Assembly: GCF_009914755.1 (NCBI RefSeq)
Contig: NC_060936.1
Reading direction: 5' to 3' (one strand)
From: the human T2T-CHM13v2.0 reference genome, Homo sapiens
Length of the DNA: 64,000 nt
In this document: one piece after another, positions 30,863 to 46,880 of the stretch
Layout: the number at the start of each line of letters is the position of its first letter
How positions within the stretch are numbered: position 1 is the first letter of the stretch
Translations under genes and position numbers: made by a program
Notes under the pieces: model-generated
Database searches by the model: none
What the model was told of the DNA's origin: nothing
What the model saw: only the letters and a program-made list of their open reading frames with translations

Positions 30863-32509
30863 TGAACAGAGATAGCCACTGAGGAGCCAAGCTGACTGAT
30901 ATGAATGCAAGGAATAAGATGAAACATAGCCAAATTTCCAGCATTTAAAGAGATGTTAAGAAAACACTTGCCAAAAAGCCACAATCAAATTCTAGCTTGC
31001 CCTTCATTTCTAACAGCAGCAGTGGTAGCCGACCAGTTTTGTTTTTGAAATTTAATGTTTATTATGTACTTACCTACACACATACACACACACACACATA
31101 AAACTATATAAGAACATTCTATACAGCTAAGAAACACAAAAACAGTTTCGTAGTGTTAAATGACTTGGATAATGCAAAGGTGTCATTCAGAGGCAAGGAT
31201 TCGAATTCAAAGCCAGGAGTGACCCATGTTTTGTTAGCTCAAAGACATGACCTTACACACAGGATAGAGAAACAGAAAGGTCAGACTAAAGGGATGATTA
31301 AAGTCATTAGAAAATACAAAGGATGTGAGGGAGTGTTGCTGAGTCCTGTATTACAAGAAGTGGGTCTCTCGCTAGGTCAAAATCTCAATTTTGCCTTTAG
31401 GAATTTATTTGGTTCTGCAGGAGATAGAACCTAAAAGCATTAACTAATGAGAAAATTGCTCTAATATTTTACTGAACTATACTGTAGAAATTAATTCTTC
31501 ATAACCCATTGAGAAAAATGTCTTGGTGCCATCCTAAAAGGGTGTTAAATCCATTGTGATCTTTGTGGGGGAAAAGTTGGAAAGCATCATTCACTCTTAA
31601 ATGTCAGTTAGTTAAGAACAAAAATCACTAATCATGTGTTAAGATTCTGGTTTGCATTACACCATTTTGACAAATTAGCCATCCCAATCTTGCTTTGCTT
31701 AGGCTAATAGCACAAACTGCTTATATCCTCAGTCTCTGAGACAGACCCAGAGACTGGGAAGAGGAAGCAGGGGAACAGGGTGCTGGGTGCCTAGAAGATG
31801 CTAACCAGGTATGAAAAATTAACAAGGAAGAATTTACAAGAATAATCCATACATTAATTATGGAGTGTTTAATGTATTTTGATTAAATGAGAAAGTCAAA
31901 TGCATTTCAGTAAAACTGATGGGCAACATATTAATAGTAAGTCATGTAAGGCAAGCATCATCATTAACGTCTTAAAAAGCACTGAATAAGCCTAAGACAT
32001 TTTCTAGAAAATAAAATATATAATCCATTATTCCATTTATTATGCAAATATCTGTCTTTCTGAAAGATTTACGGAAAACATTTTCTCCATGTGTCATGCA
32101 CTATGTAAGAAAGCAAGAAAACCACAGCACTAATTATAGTTTCTTATTAAAAAGTAAAAAATTCCTTTTTATTCAATGACTTCTAAATTATTGCACAGAT
32201 ACAAGTGATTAGGGAGTTAAAAACATGAGTAAAACATAAAACATAATCCCTATCCTTAAGGAATTTATACTCTTCTAGAAGAAAAAGTAAAATATGACCA
32301 TAAATAAGTATAATCGAAGGTATACATAAATACCAGAAGAAAAGCTTAGGTCTGTAAAATTTAGGAAGACATTATTCTGGCTGAGAGAATCAAGAGGCAC
32401 TGTGGAGGAGTTAGGACTAAAGTTGGGCCTGAAGGACTTTTAGGATTCGGATAATATGAGACTGGATGCTTAGAAAGGAAGGCTATCCAGGAAAGGAAAT
32501 ACTAAGAGT

Positions 32510-32990
32510 TATTAATATTTGAGTGTTTACTTTGCCAGGCAGTATTCTAAGTGTTTTAAATATATCCTTAATTCTCACAACAACTCTAAGGTAGGCATTA
32601 AATTATTACCCCTACTTTGAAGCAGAAGGGAGGAAGGGGAGGGAGCTAAAGTCACTTGCCTAAGGTCATATAACTTGGAAGGGGCAAAGTCATACTTCAG
32701 ATCTGACTAATCAAAGATTCTACACTCTCAAAGCTCTGAACTTTACAACCTTAACTGAAATGGCATGATAAAAACTGGTTATAGTTCAGTAACCATTAGC
32801 AAAAGGCTTTCACCTTAAATCAGCTCATTTTAGCTCTTTTTACCTCTATAAAGCTCATTAGAGGTATGCTAGTATCCCCATTTTAGATGACACCACAAGC
32901 TCAAGGAGTTAAAGTAACTTCCCCAGGGTCACAGAGGCAAAGGTCCAGCTGATAATCAAACCTCGGCTTTGGCCTACAAGTCCAGTGTTT
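32510..32990. mobile_element. MIR fragments
   Basis: tttgagtgtttactttgccaggc; ccccattttagatga; aagtaacttccccagggtcacagag. Confidence 0.6.
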
Positions 32991-33188
32991 CATCACATCT
33001 ACTTTACATTAGAAAGGCTGCTTACAAATTGTCTGCCAGCCGTGAAGTCCAAGACTTATGCAATGATGCCCCATTGTCCAGCAAGTTCCCCATGCTCACT
33101 GCTCTGCTCCACGTCAACACAAAGGGAATTCTGCCAAAGATTTCATTTGAAAAACAGTTCTACTACTTAGAGTAATTTAACAACTATT

Positions 33189-33223
<35 letters not shown>

Positions 33224-33230
33224 CACACAC
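33189..33230 (+). repeat. (CA)n microsatellite
   Basis: Read directly. Confidence 0.9.
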
Positions 33231-33639
33231 GTACGTCTTACCCTCATTTCCTCCTGCATTTTCTCATGTTCTATACTCTGGTATCCAAATCCCACTCCAG
33301 AAAATATCATATCCCACACATCATGTCTTTCTCTTGGTTTAATATGTGTAATACCTTGATTAAAACCAAAATATATTCAGAATAAAAACCGAGTAACAAT
33401 CATGTAACAATCAGTGAGAACTCTGCCAAAGTTTCCCACCACTCTACCTGTATACCTTCTTTGAGTACCTACTATTTAGAACTCCAAGAGTACAACTTAA
33501 GCATGTTAAGTACTTTTCTTTTGCACATGACTCTATAATAGCCTTACTTTCAAGCATAATCAGAAAAGAATAGCTTTCATGTAAACATTAATAACTAGAT
33601 ACTTAACGGTAATGACTCCTACTGTCCAGCTGAAATCCT

Positions 33640-34325
33640 ATTTAAGTGATACAATCATCAGTAAAAAGCTCAAGGGCACCAGAATGATTAAAAGAAAAGA
33701 CAATTCCAAGTGCGGACAGGACACACAACAACTTTCATATACAGCTGGTGAGAATCTAAGTTGGTACAGCCAGTTTGGAAAATTGCTTGGCAGTATCTAT
33801 TAAAGCTGAACATGTGCCTGCTACTCTGTGTTTCAATATTCCACTCCTAGGTATATACCCAATAGAAAATATGTGCCAGAATGTTCTTAGCAGGATTATT
33901 CATAATAGCCCCAAAGTAATAATAAATCAATGTCAACCCACAGAATACATAAATTGTGGTATATTAACATGCAAGGGATTAAATAAAAATAAAAACAAAC
34001 TGCAACTATACATAAGACAAATGGATTTCAGAAATTTAACACTGAGAGAAATAAGATACAAAACTCAGCATAAAGTATACGCTATTAACTAAATAAAGTT
34101 TAAAACTCTGTAAAATTGATCTACAGTGGTATTGAAATAGTGATCCCTTTGAGGGGGAAATGACTAAAAAGAGGCATAAGGGGTGCTTCTAAGAAGTTGG
34201 TAATATTGTTTCTTGATCTGAATGCTAGAAATAAGGATGTATACACCTTATAAAAGTTGATAAAGCTAAACACTTATGATGTACAAACATCTTAAATGTA
34301 TATTTCAATAAAAAGATTTAAAAAA
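33640..34325 (+). mobile_element. L1ME-type 3' end
   Basis: gctggtgagaatctaagttggtacagccagtttggaaaattgcttggcagtatc; ttccactcctaggtatataccc; ends tttcaataaaaa. Confidence 0.75.
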
Positions 34326-34609
34326 TAATTCCAATAGAATGTTTTCAGAAAGTTCATTGCAAGTCGGATAATTAAAATAGGTGCAACTCAGAAGAAAAAG
34401 CATATTAACATGTAAACTTTCGATCCCTACTTTCAGAGATATAGAGGAGTCAAAGCACATTCACAAGAGAAGTTAGTTCTTTAAATGGTACACAATCCCT
34501 CCTATGAAGACCAAGATTTTAACAATGGTTTCACAACCGGCCTTTCCAAGAAGAGTTACAGAACTAATGCATTTCATAGCTGGGAAGGCCTTTAGAAAAT
34601 GCCATGACC

Positions 34610-34908
34610 GGCCAGGTGCAGTGGCTCACACCTGTAATCCCAGCACTTTGGGAGGCTGAGGTGGGTGGATCACCTGAGGTCGGGAGTTCAAGACCAGCCT
34701 AGCCAACATAGTGAAACCCTGTCTCTACAAAACTACAAAAATTAGCCGGGCTTGATAGCGGGTGCCTGTAATCCCAGCTACTGGGGAGGCTGGAGGCACG
34801 AGAATCGCTTGAACCCAGGAGGCGGAGGTTGCAGTGAGCCAAGATTGTGCCATTGGACTCCAGCCTGGGCGACAGCGAGACTCCCCGTCTCCAAAAAAAA
34901 AAACAAAA
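34610..34908 (+). mobile_element. AluSx-like
   Basis: TSD agaaaatgccatg. Confidence 0.93.
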
Positions 34909-35258
34909 AGAGAAAATGCCATGCATGACAACACCAAAATGAGCTTAGTTACTGACTTTAATAAGATTCACTAAACATCCAGGATGATATCCATAAGCTC
35001 CACGAGCAGACAACCACAGTACATAAGCAGAAGAGGATTAAAAGCCAAGATTTCATGGATGGTTTAGTAAGCTGCTGGCAGCCCAAAGGTAAGTTTGTTA
35101 GGGTAGGACCCTCACCACAACACTAGCCACATTCTGAGTGATACAGGAAGCAACAAACTACAGCAATTACAAGCAAGAGTGTACAATCTGGCTTTAGTAC
35201 ACCACAACGACTAAAATTTTTGTCCTAATAATGTATGCATTTTCTAATGATTTATGAA

Positions 35259-35527
35259 GTTTCTTTTCTTGTTTTTTGTTTGTTTTTTTTTTGAGACAAA
35301 GTCTTACTCTTTCAGTCAGGCTAGAGTGCAGTGGCACAATCACGGCTCACTGCAGCCTCAACCTCCTGGGCTCAGGTGATTCTCAGCCTCCTATGTAGCT
35401 GGGACCTCAGGCACAGAGTTTTGTCATGTTGCCCAGGCTGATCTTGAACTCCTGGGCTCAAGCAATCTGTCCAGCTCTGAATTCCCAAAAGTGCTGGGAT
35501 TACAGGCATGAGCCACTGTGCCTGGCC
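35259..35527 (-). mobile_element. AluJ with internal deletion
   Basis: Antisense Alu lacking the linker; TSD tgatttatgaa. Confidence 0.9.
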
Positions 35528-37980
35528 TGATTTATGAATAAAATTTCTTTATTCATAATAGCTGTCTACATTTGTAGGACCTTAGTTAAGACATGATTAA
35601 GTACTAGAATTAGTTCCAACTACTGCTGGTGATAAACTCACCATCTACCTTCACTTGTTTTCTCTTAATTCTCCAAGAAGTAATCAGGTGAATAAAGAAT
35701 CATCATCAGATAATATTCTCCAAGATTCTTTAAGAAATTAATTTTTATCTACTCTTAAATGATTGCACAATTATAGGATAGAAATTACTATCTTGTGCTC
35801 TAATTCAAATTGCTCTTAATGATCCTAGAGAGAAATGAATTACTAGAGATAAAAGATAAATTTTGCTGTGGTTTGTGATCTTTGTTTCTTTCCTTAAAAC
35901 TTAACAGACCTCTTTGTCTACCTCAAAAGATTTACTAAAATACAGAATATACTTCAGTTACTTAACACATACTTGGTTATTGTATTTTCTCCAAACTGAC
36001 ATAAGATCCTAAATCATTCTGGTAAAAGAATAAAAATGGTCTCTTTCTCTCATAAGATTTAAATGTATCACTGCGTCAGACAAGGTTAAATCAGAAGCCG
36101 AATCCCTGAAGAAAGCTAGTAGAGTCATTTAACAGAAAATGAAGTTGGCTAACACCTGAAGGAATAATTGTAGTAGAGTATTCCAAGTAGCTCGAACACA
36201 AGCCCATAAAATAAAGTCCTGTGAGGCAGACAGGAGTCCCAAAGAAACTGCAATTAATAATCCTCCTGGAACAGCAGAAGCACATTCCACATGAAAAGGT
36301 ACAAAAAGGATAACAAAAAGATCAGCAGTAAGCCAGAGCGAAAATACCAAATTTCCAGCAACCAAACTGCAAAACTCTATCTAGCGTATTAGTTATTTTC
36401 TTCAGGGGTAGAACTAATTAGCTGCATTATGGGTGGTTCAGTATCCGTATGATATCCACAGTTGGGTACCCTCTGACTGACTGATGGCAGAATATTCTGT
36501 CATCAGCACTCAGGTTCCAGAGAGAACTTTCTAGGCAATGGTCTAATAAATAAAGACGTAATGTTTTGTTTATGAGATGCTGTGACTCATCGCCTACTAG
36601 ATAATCTTAATCTACCCCAAACTTAGACTAATGGTCATTATTATGGTCTCTGAAACAGTTTAGACATGGAGATAGACAGCCCTAAAGTCTATTTCCATAC
36701 CATTACTTCCATCTGGCAAAATTTGATGGTTTCCTTCACTTACTAAAGTTGATTCTCAGAGGTCAAAAAATGTGCTCAGATATTCAAAAACTTGGTATTC
36801 AAAATGCCTAAATTTGGTAAAGAGACTTAGGATTATTACTATTTTTTTTATTTCTGGTGCTTACAAAATAAAGTCTTATTTTAAATCATTGAGCTATCTA
36901 GTTAGTTTATAAATAGAATTCAGGTGGTTCAAAATACATTATTTCATTTAAAATTTTAGGATCCAACGTGTTATGTACTGAGACAGCTTTATCATTTAGT
37001 CAAGGATTAAATCACGAAAAATTCATTTACTTATTTCTGGCAAGATGTATAACAGAAAACTCTTTAAATCTTTTAAATTACTGGAAGGATTCAACTATAG
37101 ACAATCAAAAGACATCAAACATACTTTCTTCCTGAGGAAGAAAAGGAATCTGCTAGCAAACTTACAGTGAAAAGTGACCATGATTTACTGTTTAAAAGTT
37201 CTAAATGAAATGCATCAGACTGAAAATCAGGATAAGGTTTGCCATTCCTTTTAAGGCACACATCCTTCTAAGCTCATGTGATTTCCTACTTTATGTAGTA
37301 AAGAAGGACACAAACAATATGCTTCCATGTGTTTATTTCAACCTAAGCAATATTCAACTTCAAAAACTCAAAAATACTGTTTTCCCCATATATTCTGAAG
37401 GTGCCTTTGTAATTACTGTACTGATGAGTCTGTATACATACATAAATTAAAATAAATGTTGAGATCCTAAGTAAAAAATAGCTTACACTATAGCATAAAC
37501 TGGCAATAAAACCTATCATTTTGTAATCTCTATCTTTATCCATAATGGAAAATAAACAAATCTATGACCTTAACCATTTATATGACCTCCCACAATACGT
37601 TTTTGAAGATCATCAAAAGATGCAATAAGAGACCTTTCTTGCAGAGATAAGTTGCTAATCTTAATAAGTGTTCCCAGAAAGAGAATACCAGTCAATGGGG
37701 AAAGCTGAATTAAAAATAGTCTAGCCAACTGTAAAACAACAACAGCATAGTAGAGTAGACGGTGGTTTATGGACTTCTATATTTAGCATTACATTATCAT
37801 ATTCTCCAACCCCACTCAAGTAGTATTCTAAAACATTAGTGTTTCATGCCTTTTTGCAGACTGACTCACGACTATATATGTAAAATATGAATATGTTAAT
37901 TAGAGGTCAAAATATGGTACAAGTATATGTACACTTTACTAATAAAGCAATAAGATACTGTGCTTAAGAAAAACACATAA

Positions 37981-38356
<376 letters not shown>

Positions 38357-38388
38357 TGCTTAAACAAGCTTGATTTCACTGTCAATAA

Positions 38389-38714
<326 letters not shown>

Positions 38715-39255
38715 TACATAATTCTTTTACACTGTAAAAGTATTTTATGCTTTTAAATATATTTTTAAATACATATGCTTTTAGATAAATTATTAAATTT
38801 AATTAATATTTGAAGAATGATGGAAAAGAAAAATGGATTAAGAGTAAAAAACATAAAGGAGGCACGGAGAAAAAGGCTTTAAATTATTATTTAAATCTGA
38901 TGTATACACTATTACTTTTTACATAATACAAACTGAAATATACAAGAAACAAAACAAATCACTGTGATATAGAACCCCTTAAAGAAAACGCTTGGAAAAT
39001 CTTTGTCTTTTCTACACTGCAGGGCAAAAAAACCCTCTAATACTAGAGGTGCAGTATGCAGTTTCACTGCTGGACTGTGTACACTGTGAGAGGAATGCAA
39101 ACTAAGCGCAAGATTGCTCCTGGAGGGATCACAAAACACTGCCCAGGACACTCTCATCATTCTGTGGGCCTGGAGCATTCTCTGGATCATTAAAACTGTC
39201 TCAAGTAGTTGCCACTCTATTCGAATTAGACACATTTCTAATAAGCCTCAAATTA

Positions 39256-39642
<387 letters not shown>

Positions 39643-40722
39643 TCACATTACAATTAACTGAAAGTACTACTTTGGGTTAAAAACAGTATTAAAAATTGGA
39701 GAAATATTTTAAGGTCTCAGATGTTAAGAGCAACAGTATGTATGCCAATTGTTAGACTGTATTGTGGAAGGAAATTTTAGGTTCAACTATTATCTTAAGC
39801 ACACACACACACGAGATACTTGCTTTACGGAGCTTTGACTTTTGCCAAATTAATTCACTAAAGATAAATGGAAGTGAAAGCAATGAGATGAGAAGGAAGT
39901 TATGACACATACATGGCATCATCTTTAAAATGAGAAACTGAAAGCTCAAGATGATGGCATGTGGGCATATGTGTCTTCTTTTATTTTCTATCTCCTGCCT
40001 TCTTCTCCTCCCATCTCTGAGACTCCACTCATGCCAATAAACAAGCTGATCATTAAGTTAAATGCTTCTATATGAGGTCTCAGGAAACTAACTTAGTAAG
40101 ACTATAGATTACTTTTCTCATCTTTAACTGAGAACATTCTAAGTTATTTTAAAGCAACTGGGTGGGTAGAGGACAAGATTTAACTTTCTTTTTTAAGTCA
40201 TGAGACTCGTTTATTTTCACAGCTAAACATTAACTGTTTTTTTTAATTCCATATTATAAAATTGTTGTATTTAAATCCAGATGCATTTTTATTTTTAAAT
40301 ATAGAGTAGTTACAAATAATATGTATCTTTTATTTTTAAGGTATACAATAAATTCTCAATTTCTCAACACTAGGAAAGGCAATGTCAGAGGGTTATACAA
40401 TTAGGCAGAACTGAGTTTACATCTTACCTATTATAAGCTGCCTTAAGTCAATTAACTTCTCGGTATTTCAGTTTTCAATGCTACAAAGTAAGATAATAAT
40501 GCCTACCTCATAGATATATAAACATAAAATAAGATAAAATAAGTGATAACCTTCAGGACATGATAGTTACTAAAATTAAGTACAGTCTCCACCACAAATC
40601 AGAATGAAATCATCCCTTCATCAATGCGCATCCCAAATTACCTAATGTGAGTTTGGGAATAGATTTTAAATTTTACAGTTCAAATAAGCATGTTACAAAA
40701 CATATCAGAAAGGAAAATTCAA

Positions 40723-41057
<335 letters not shown>

Positions 41058-41110
41058 CTATTACAGTCACATGCTAACATTAATACCTTGAATCAATTCT
41101 CTTCTATTGA

Positions 41111-41425
<315 letters not shown>

Positions 41426-41446
41426 TGAACAATATTACCTTCATAG

Positions 41447-41745
<299 letters not shown>

Positions 41746-42269
41746 GTATATTTTTAAAACAGAGGGGGAAAACACCAAAGTGGCCCAGGTTGGAGTGAAA
41801 GCTTTTTTCACTGAGATGGCCTCACAGACCAGCACACAACATGGAGTCCCAGAGGTCTTCAGACCCTGGCTGAAAGCTGCTTTCTCTATGCCAATCAAAT
41901 CTGTAAAGTACAAGATGTCCTGTACCCAAGTGGAGATGCTTTTGTGTCTTTGCTGCTTTCTTCCAAAATACTGGCTCTTCCTCCTTTTTGTCTACTTTAT
42001 TTCTCAAAATAAGTTGTAGATCATTCTTGGAGGCTCAACGCAGCCCAAAACAATCTTACTCTGCAATGCCCACCCAGGCCCTTAGCACAGCAGCTGGCTA
42101 TCTGATATCCAATTTAGGGCATTTCTGTCTTCTTTCCCCGCCCAGTCTCATCCATAAGAGCAAGGTCTGTGTTAGCCCCTGGGCAGCCCAGAAGACCACT
42201 TTTTTGTACTGATAGTAGATAATACATATATAACTGGCTTGAGGGAGGAAAAAAATTAAGCATTGTTTT

Positions 42270-42534
<265 letters not shown>

Positions 42535-42800
42535 TCAAAAAGCATTGTTTGGATATCTAAGCCACTGTTTCCTTCGAGTATTAATAATCTAGTTTTATGT
42601 ACCTCCAAAACTGACTCTCACTGACCTAGATAAATGGTTATTATAAGCCTTAAGACTCATCAGGCAAAAGCCTTTTTTAACCACCACTACCTCCAAGGAA
42701 AAAAACTGTTTATCAAAATACACACCTTTAAAATTTTTCTAATACTTAGTATCATTATGGTACTGTTGTGATATTACTAATACAAAAATATAAACAGTGG

Positions 42801-43452
42801 TAGAGTCATCCCACTGTACCTACGGGGGATTGGTTCCAGGGCCCCCACACAGATACCAAAATCCACAGATGCTTAAGTGCCTTATATAAAATGGTCTGGG
42901 CTGGGCGCATGGTTTGTGCCTATAATCCCAGCACTTTGAGATGGTGAGGTGGCCGGATTGCTTGACTCTAGGAGTTGGAGACCATCCTGGGCAATGTGGC
43001 AAAACCCCACCTTTACAAAAAATAAAAAATAAAAAAATTAGCCAGGTGTGGTGGCACATGCCTGTAGTCCCAGCTACTCAGGAGGCTGAGGTAGGAGGGT
43101 CACTTGAACCTTGAGGTTGAGTCTGCAGTGAGCCACGAATGTGCCACTGCACTTGGGTGACAGAACAAGACCCCGTCTCAAAAAAAAAAAAAGTCTAGTA
43201 TTTGCATACGACCTACACATATCCCCCTGCATACTTCAAATCATCTCTAAATTACTTACAATACTGAATACAATGTAGATGCTATGTAAATAGTAGACTG
43301 TATTATTGGGGGAATAATTACAAGAAAAAAGTCTGTACATACTCAGACTTAGCCAACCGAGTATGTACAGACGTACTTTTTAAAAATATTTTCAATCTGT
43401 GGTTGGTTGAATCCTTGGAGGCAGAACCCACCGATATGGAGGGCCAGCTGTA
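42801..43452 (+). mobile_element. MER2 (TcMar-Tigger) split by an Alu
   Basis: gggggattggttccagggccccc...gataccaaaatccacagatgc ... ggttggttgaatcc...gaacccaccgatatggagggccagctgta. Confidence 0.85.
42899..43192 (+). mobile_element. AluJ nested in MER2
   Basis: Dimer interrupting MER2 at aaatggtct|agtatttgca. Confidence 0.9.
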
Positions 43453-43952
43453 CTTATTTCTTATGAAAAGAGGTCAATTTGATTAAGTTTCTCTGTTCCT
43501 AAAAAATTTGGAATCTGGGGCCCCAGATGCCTGGGGAAGAAAGTATGACCGAAAGCAAGAAGCTTTAACAACAGCTTACTTGATGTCTCAGCTGGAGAAG
43601 GGAGTTCCCAGGGTCTCATTAATACTCAGCAAGTCTAACAGTGAGCTACTTTGGTGAAGGCAAACAAGGAAGACTGCTTAAACACACAACAAAGCAACTA
43701 AACCTTCTACGGTACTATACTGCCAAAAGGGCAGCTTCTTCTCCTTACAGCTCTTCCATCTGACACTGGTACGGCACTGAGACTCGTCACACCATTATGT
43801 ACCCAATCTCCACATTGTAGAGCATGACTCAACTATAAATGGTATGAGGACAAGGGCCCCATCCATTTTGTCCACTGTTACATCCCCAGCATCTAGCACA
43901 ATGTGTGGCATATAGTCCGCTTTAAAATAAATATATGTGTCTATATGTATAT

Positions 43953-44260
43953 ACAGTCAAGCAACAATGGAAGTACCTTCTAAGAAAAGCATCACTAAGT
44001 GATTTCATTGCTGTACAAACAACACAGATTGTACCCAGACAAACCTAAATGGTATATATTTTTTATTTATATAAAATTTTATAGGGAAAATCAAATGTCC
44101 CAGCAACATTATTAAATATTAATTATACCTCTTACTTGATCTGCAATGCCAATATCAAGTGCCATACATCAGGTTTCTACATATGCTCCACTATAATCTT
44201 TTGGGACTATGTCATATATGGAGTCCATAGTAGGCTGAAGTGTCATTATGCAGTGTGTAC
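43953..44260 (+). mobile_element. Tigger3/MER7-family MITE
   Basis: tacagtca...ttctaagaaaagcatcactaagtgatttcattgctgt...acaaacctaaatggtata ... gtcattatgcagtg. Confidence 0.65.
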
Positions 44261-45542
44261 GTGTGTGTATATGTGTTTGAAAATAATGTTTACATGTATG
44301 GTATGCTCTTAAATAAGGACCGGGAGGATAGCAAAAATAATACACACACATATGCATATATATGCTGAGTATAATAAATAGATGGCAAAAATAAAGAAAA
44401 GTATTTTACCACTTCACTTTCACCATCATAGTGTCATATTGATTTTTTACAATATGATCTGAAGATAATTTGAAGAAATTATGTAAAATATGAGATACCA
44501 CATTAATAAATTTCCCTCCAAGGCAAGATTACATGTAGACCATTTAATATTCCTTCTGACCAGATCCAAGCTTTACTTATAAACAGTTTATAAGATTCTG
44601 AAGAAAATATGATTGCAATACAGTAAGATCTCTAACTGCATTCTGGCAGCACATCAAAACACATGTCCCAAGAGGCCTAATATTGCATGGTCAGCGAAGA
44701 GGAAAAGTCAAAGAAGTCTTCTACTTTGCTGTTTCTCTGAAGAGGGAATCACATTAGGCCATTAAGTAGTCAGATACATTATTTTATTGCTTGCAAAACC
44801 CTTGGGTAATAAAGAATGAGTACAAATTGCCACAGGCAGTTTTGGAAGAAAAACAGAACTGTGCAAAACAATGACAGTTGCTCTACTGCAGCACTGGACA
44901 AATGCAGTAAAGAAAACAGTACATCAGTTGCAGTTTTTCTGCTTAAGTAGAGTGCTCTGCCTTGTGTGAGAAGGAGCTATACAAGCACATAACTGCAGAA
45001 TCTGTGTGTGAATGCACAAGTAGGACAAAGGTGATAGACTGTAAATGCGTTTGTAAAAGCTATCAAGTCGGATTCAGTCTGTCTTTGACTCTCTCTCTCT
45101 CACACACATACATACACACACACACGTGTGCACACACAGAGTTCCATTTCCTTCTAAATAATAAGACTGAGGAGCAGCTACAGTGAAAAGCATGCGCACT
45201 CTGGACACACAAAAGTAAAAAAGGTAAAGAGTTTTCATTGAGAGGAACATTAATATTTTTCAATGAGGATGCTAAGACAAAAATAAAGAGTGATACTTCT
45301 TTAATGTGGCCTATGAGAGAAGAAAACGACTTACTTTCTATGCAAAGAAAACTCATTTGTATCACACCTTGTACAGGTAAACAGCAAGAATGAGGGATTT
45401 ATTTTCATGGGATTAAGAGAATGAAACTGGACTCACATCTTTAGCCTTGCTTGAAAAATGCTGTTAAATATCGTATGTTCTTCTAAAGACTACTCAAACT
45501 TCATTATTGTGCTACTTTAAGGTATTGTGTGAGCATTTTATC

Positions 45543-45588
45543 TACTTTCAATGTCAAAAACCGCAATTACTTTTGCACCAATCTAATA
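45543..45588. mobile_element. MADE1 (Hsmar1 MITE), one arm
   Basis: tactttcaatgtcaaaaaccgcaattacttttgcaccaatctaata matches the MADE1 terminal inverted repeat. Confidence 0.85.
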
Positions 45589-45799
45589 TATACTTCTATA
45601 CTGTTAAATTTTCCAAAGTATGAGAATCCTGTAACACTATGATTATAAACAATGTAAGAACTTTACATTTAATTACAGAATCTCATAAGAGTTTTTATCT
45701 GTAACAAAATACAGAGGACCCCTAACTTGTGAATTTTCAACTTTCAAAATTGTATTAAAAAAAAAAAAAACTCTAGAGCAAAAGCGCATCAACTCTACC

Positions 45800-45820
45800 G
45801 GCTACCAACAGAGGGCGAAA
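45800..45820 (+). promoter_or_regulatory. Candidate CTCF binding site
   Basis: CCAACAGAGGGCG at 45805-45817 has 1 mismatch to the CCASYAGRKGGCR core and lies in a small CpG-retaining patch. Confidence 0.55.
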
Positions 45821-46669
45821 GCGGTCACATGCAGCCACTCCAACACTTCCTGCTACTTCATCTTCTACAGTTGGACAGGTTCATGCTTAGTTTCATGAAG
45901 TTTTAAATAACTGACTCTATTAAGTTTAACAAACAAAAGCATTACAAATAAGAAATGTACAACCAACCACAACAAAGTAAGAGATTTTAACAACTGAAGG
46001 TGATGAGAAAATGATGAATGTTTCTGCGAGTGGAAATAATTGTGGAGGACAAAGTGAACCCTGCAATACTGGAAATATACTGACACACAATCAAAAATAA
46101 TCAACAAGAGATGAAAAAAAGCTATAAGATAGAGAATTATAAACAGAGAATATGAAATATGTAAAAACTATTTTTATTATACACTCCTATTAAAAAATAC
46201 ATCCATAATATTTGTATATTTATTTTTCTAATTTTCTATGTGTACCTCTGTATTTCATTCAATCTAAGAAATACATCAACTGTAGACATATTAGAACCAA
46301 TGAAGTATGGTATTTGACTAATGTATTATATACGTTATGAAGCATATATGAAGTTGGAATTTTCAAAGGAAACAAACAAGAGACCTAGAGACTCTAATAT
46401 TCTTCTCCCTGCACTTTAACAGACCTTTTGCACAACAGTTTGGAGATCCCCCATCAGAATATAGGATGAAATAAATAAAATGGTAGATGTTAGATCTCAA
46501 TAAATGCTACTGAAAAGTAGATGCCTCATCTCCCCTATTACATTTATTATATATTGGATATCATCATCTGTGATAAACCTGACAAAACAAGCAAAAAAGC
46601 ATGAAACAAATATTTCTTATAAAGCATCCCCCCAAAGTTATTCATTAGAGTAATGATGCTGTAGGAGTG

Positions 46670-46880
46670 AAAGGCACAGATTTTAGAGTCAGACCAACTT
46701 GGATTTGTGGCATGGCTATCTATGCCAGTCACTACTAAAAGCACCAGACACTTGCGTATTCTCATCTATAAAATGAACATAACAATCCTTACTTCACAGA
46801 ACAAAAATAAGGATGAACTGTGAGTAAGCGCATATACGAAGCTTGCAGCAAATGTCTGGAACACAACAAGACTCAATAAA
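46670..46880 (+). mobile_element. MIR
   Basis: ttagagtcagacc; ttctcatctataaaatg; actcaataaa. Confidence 0.6.

Noticed and set aside
36666-36698. 12-bp hairpin atggagatagac/gtctatttccat
   Set aside because: Too short for a pre-miRNA, with no other support.
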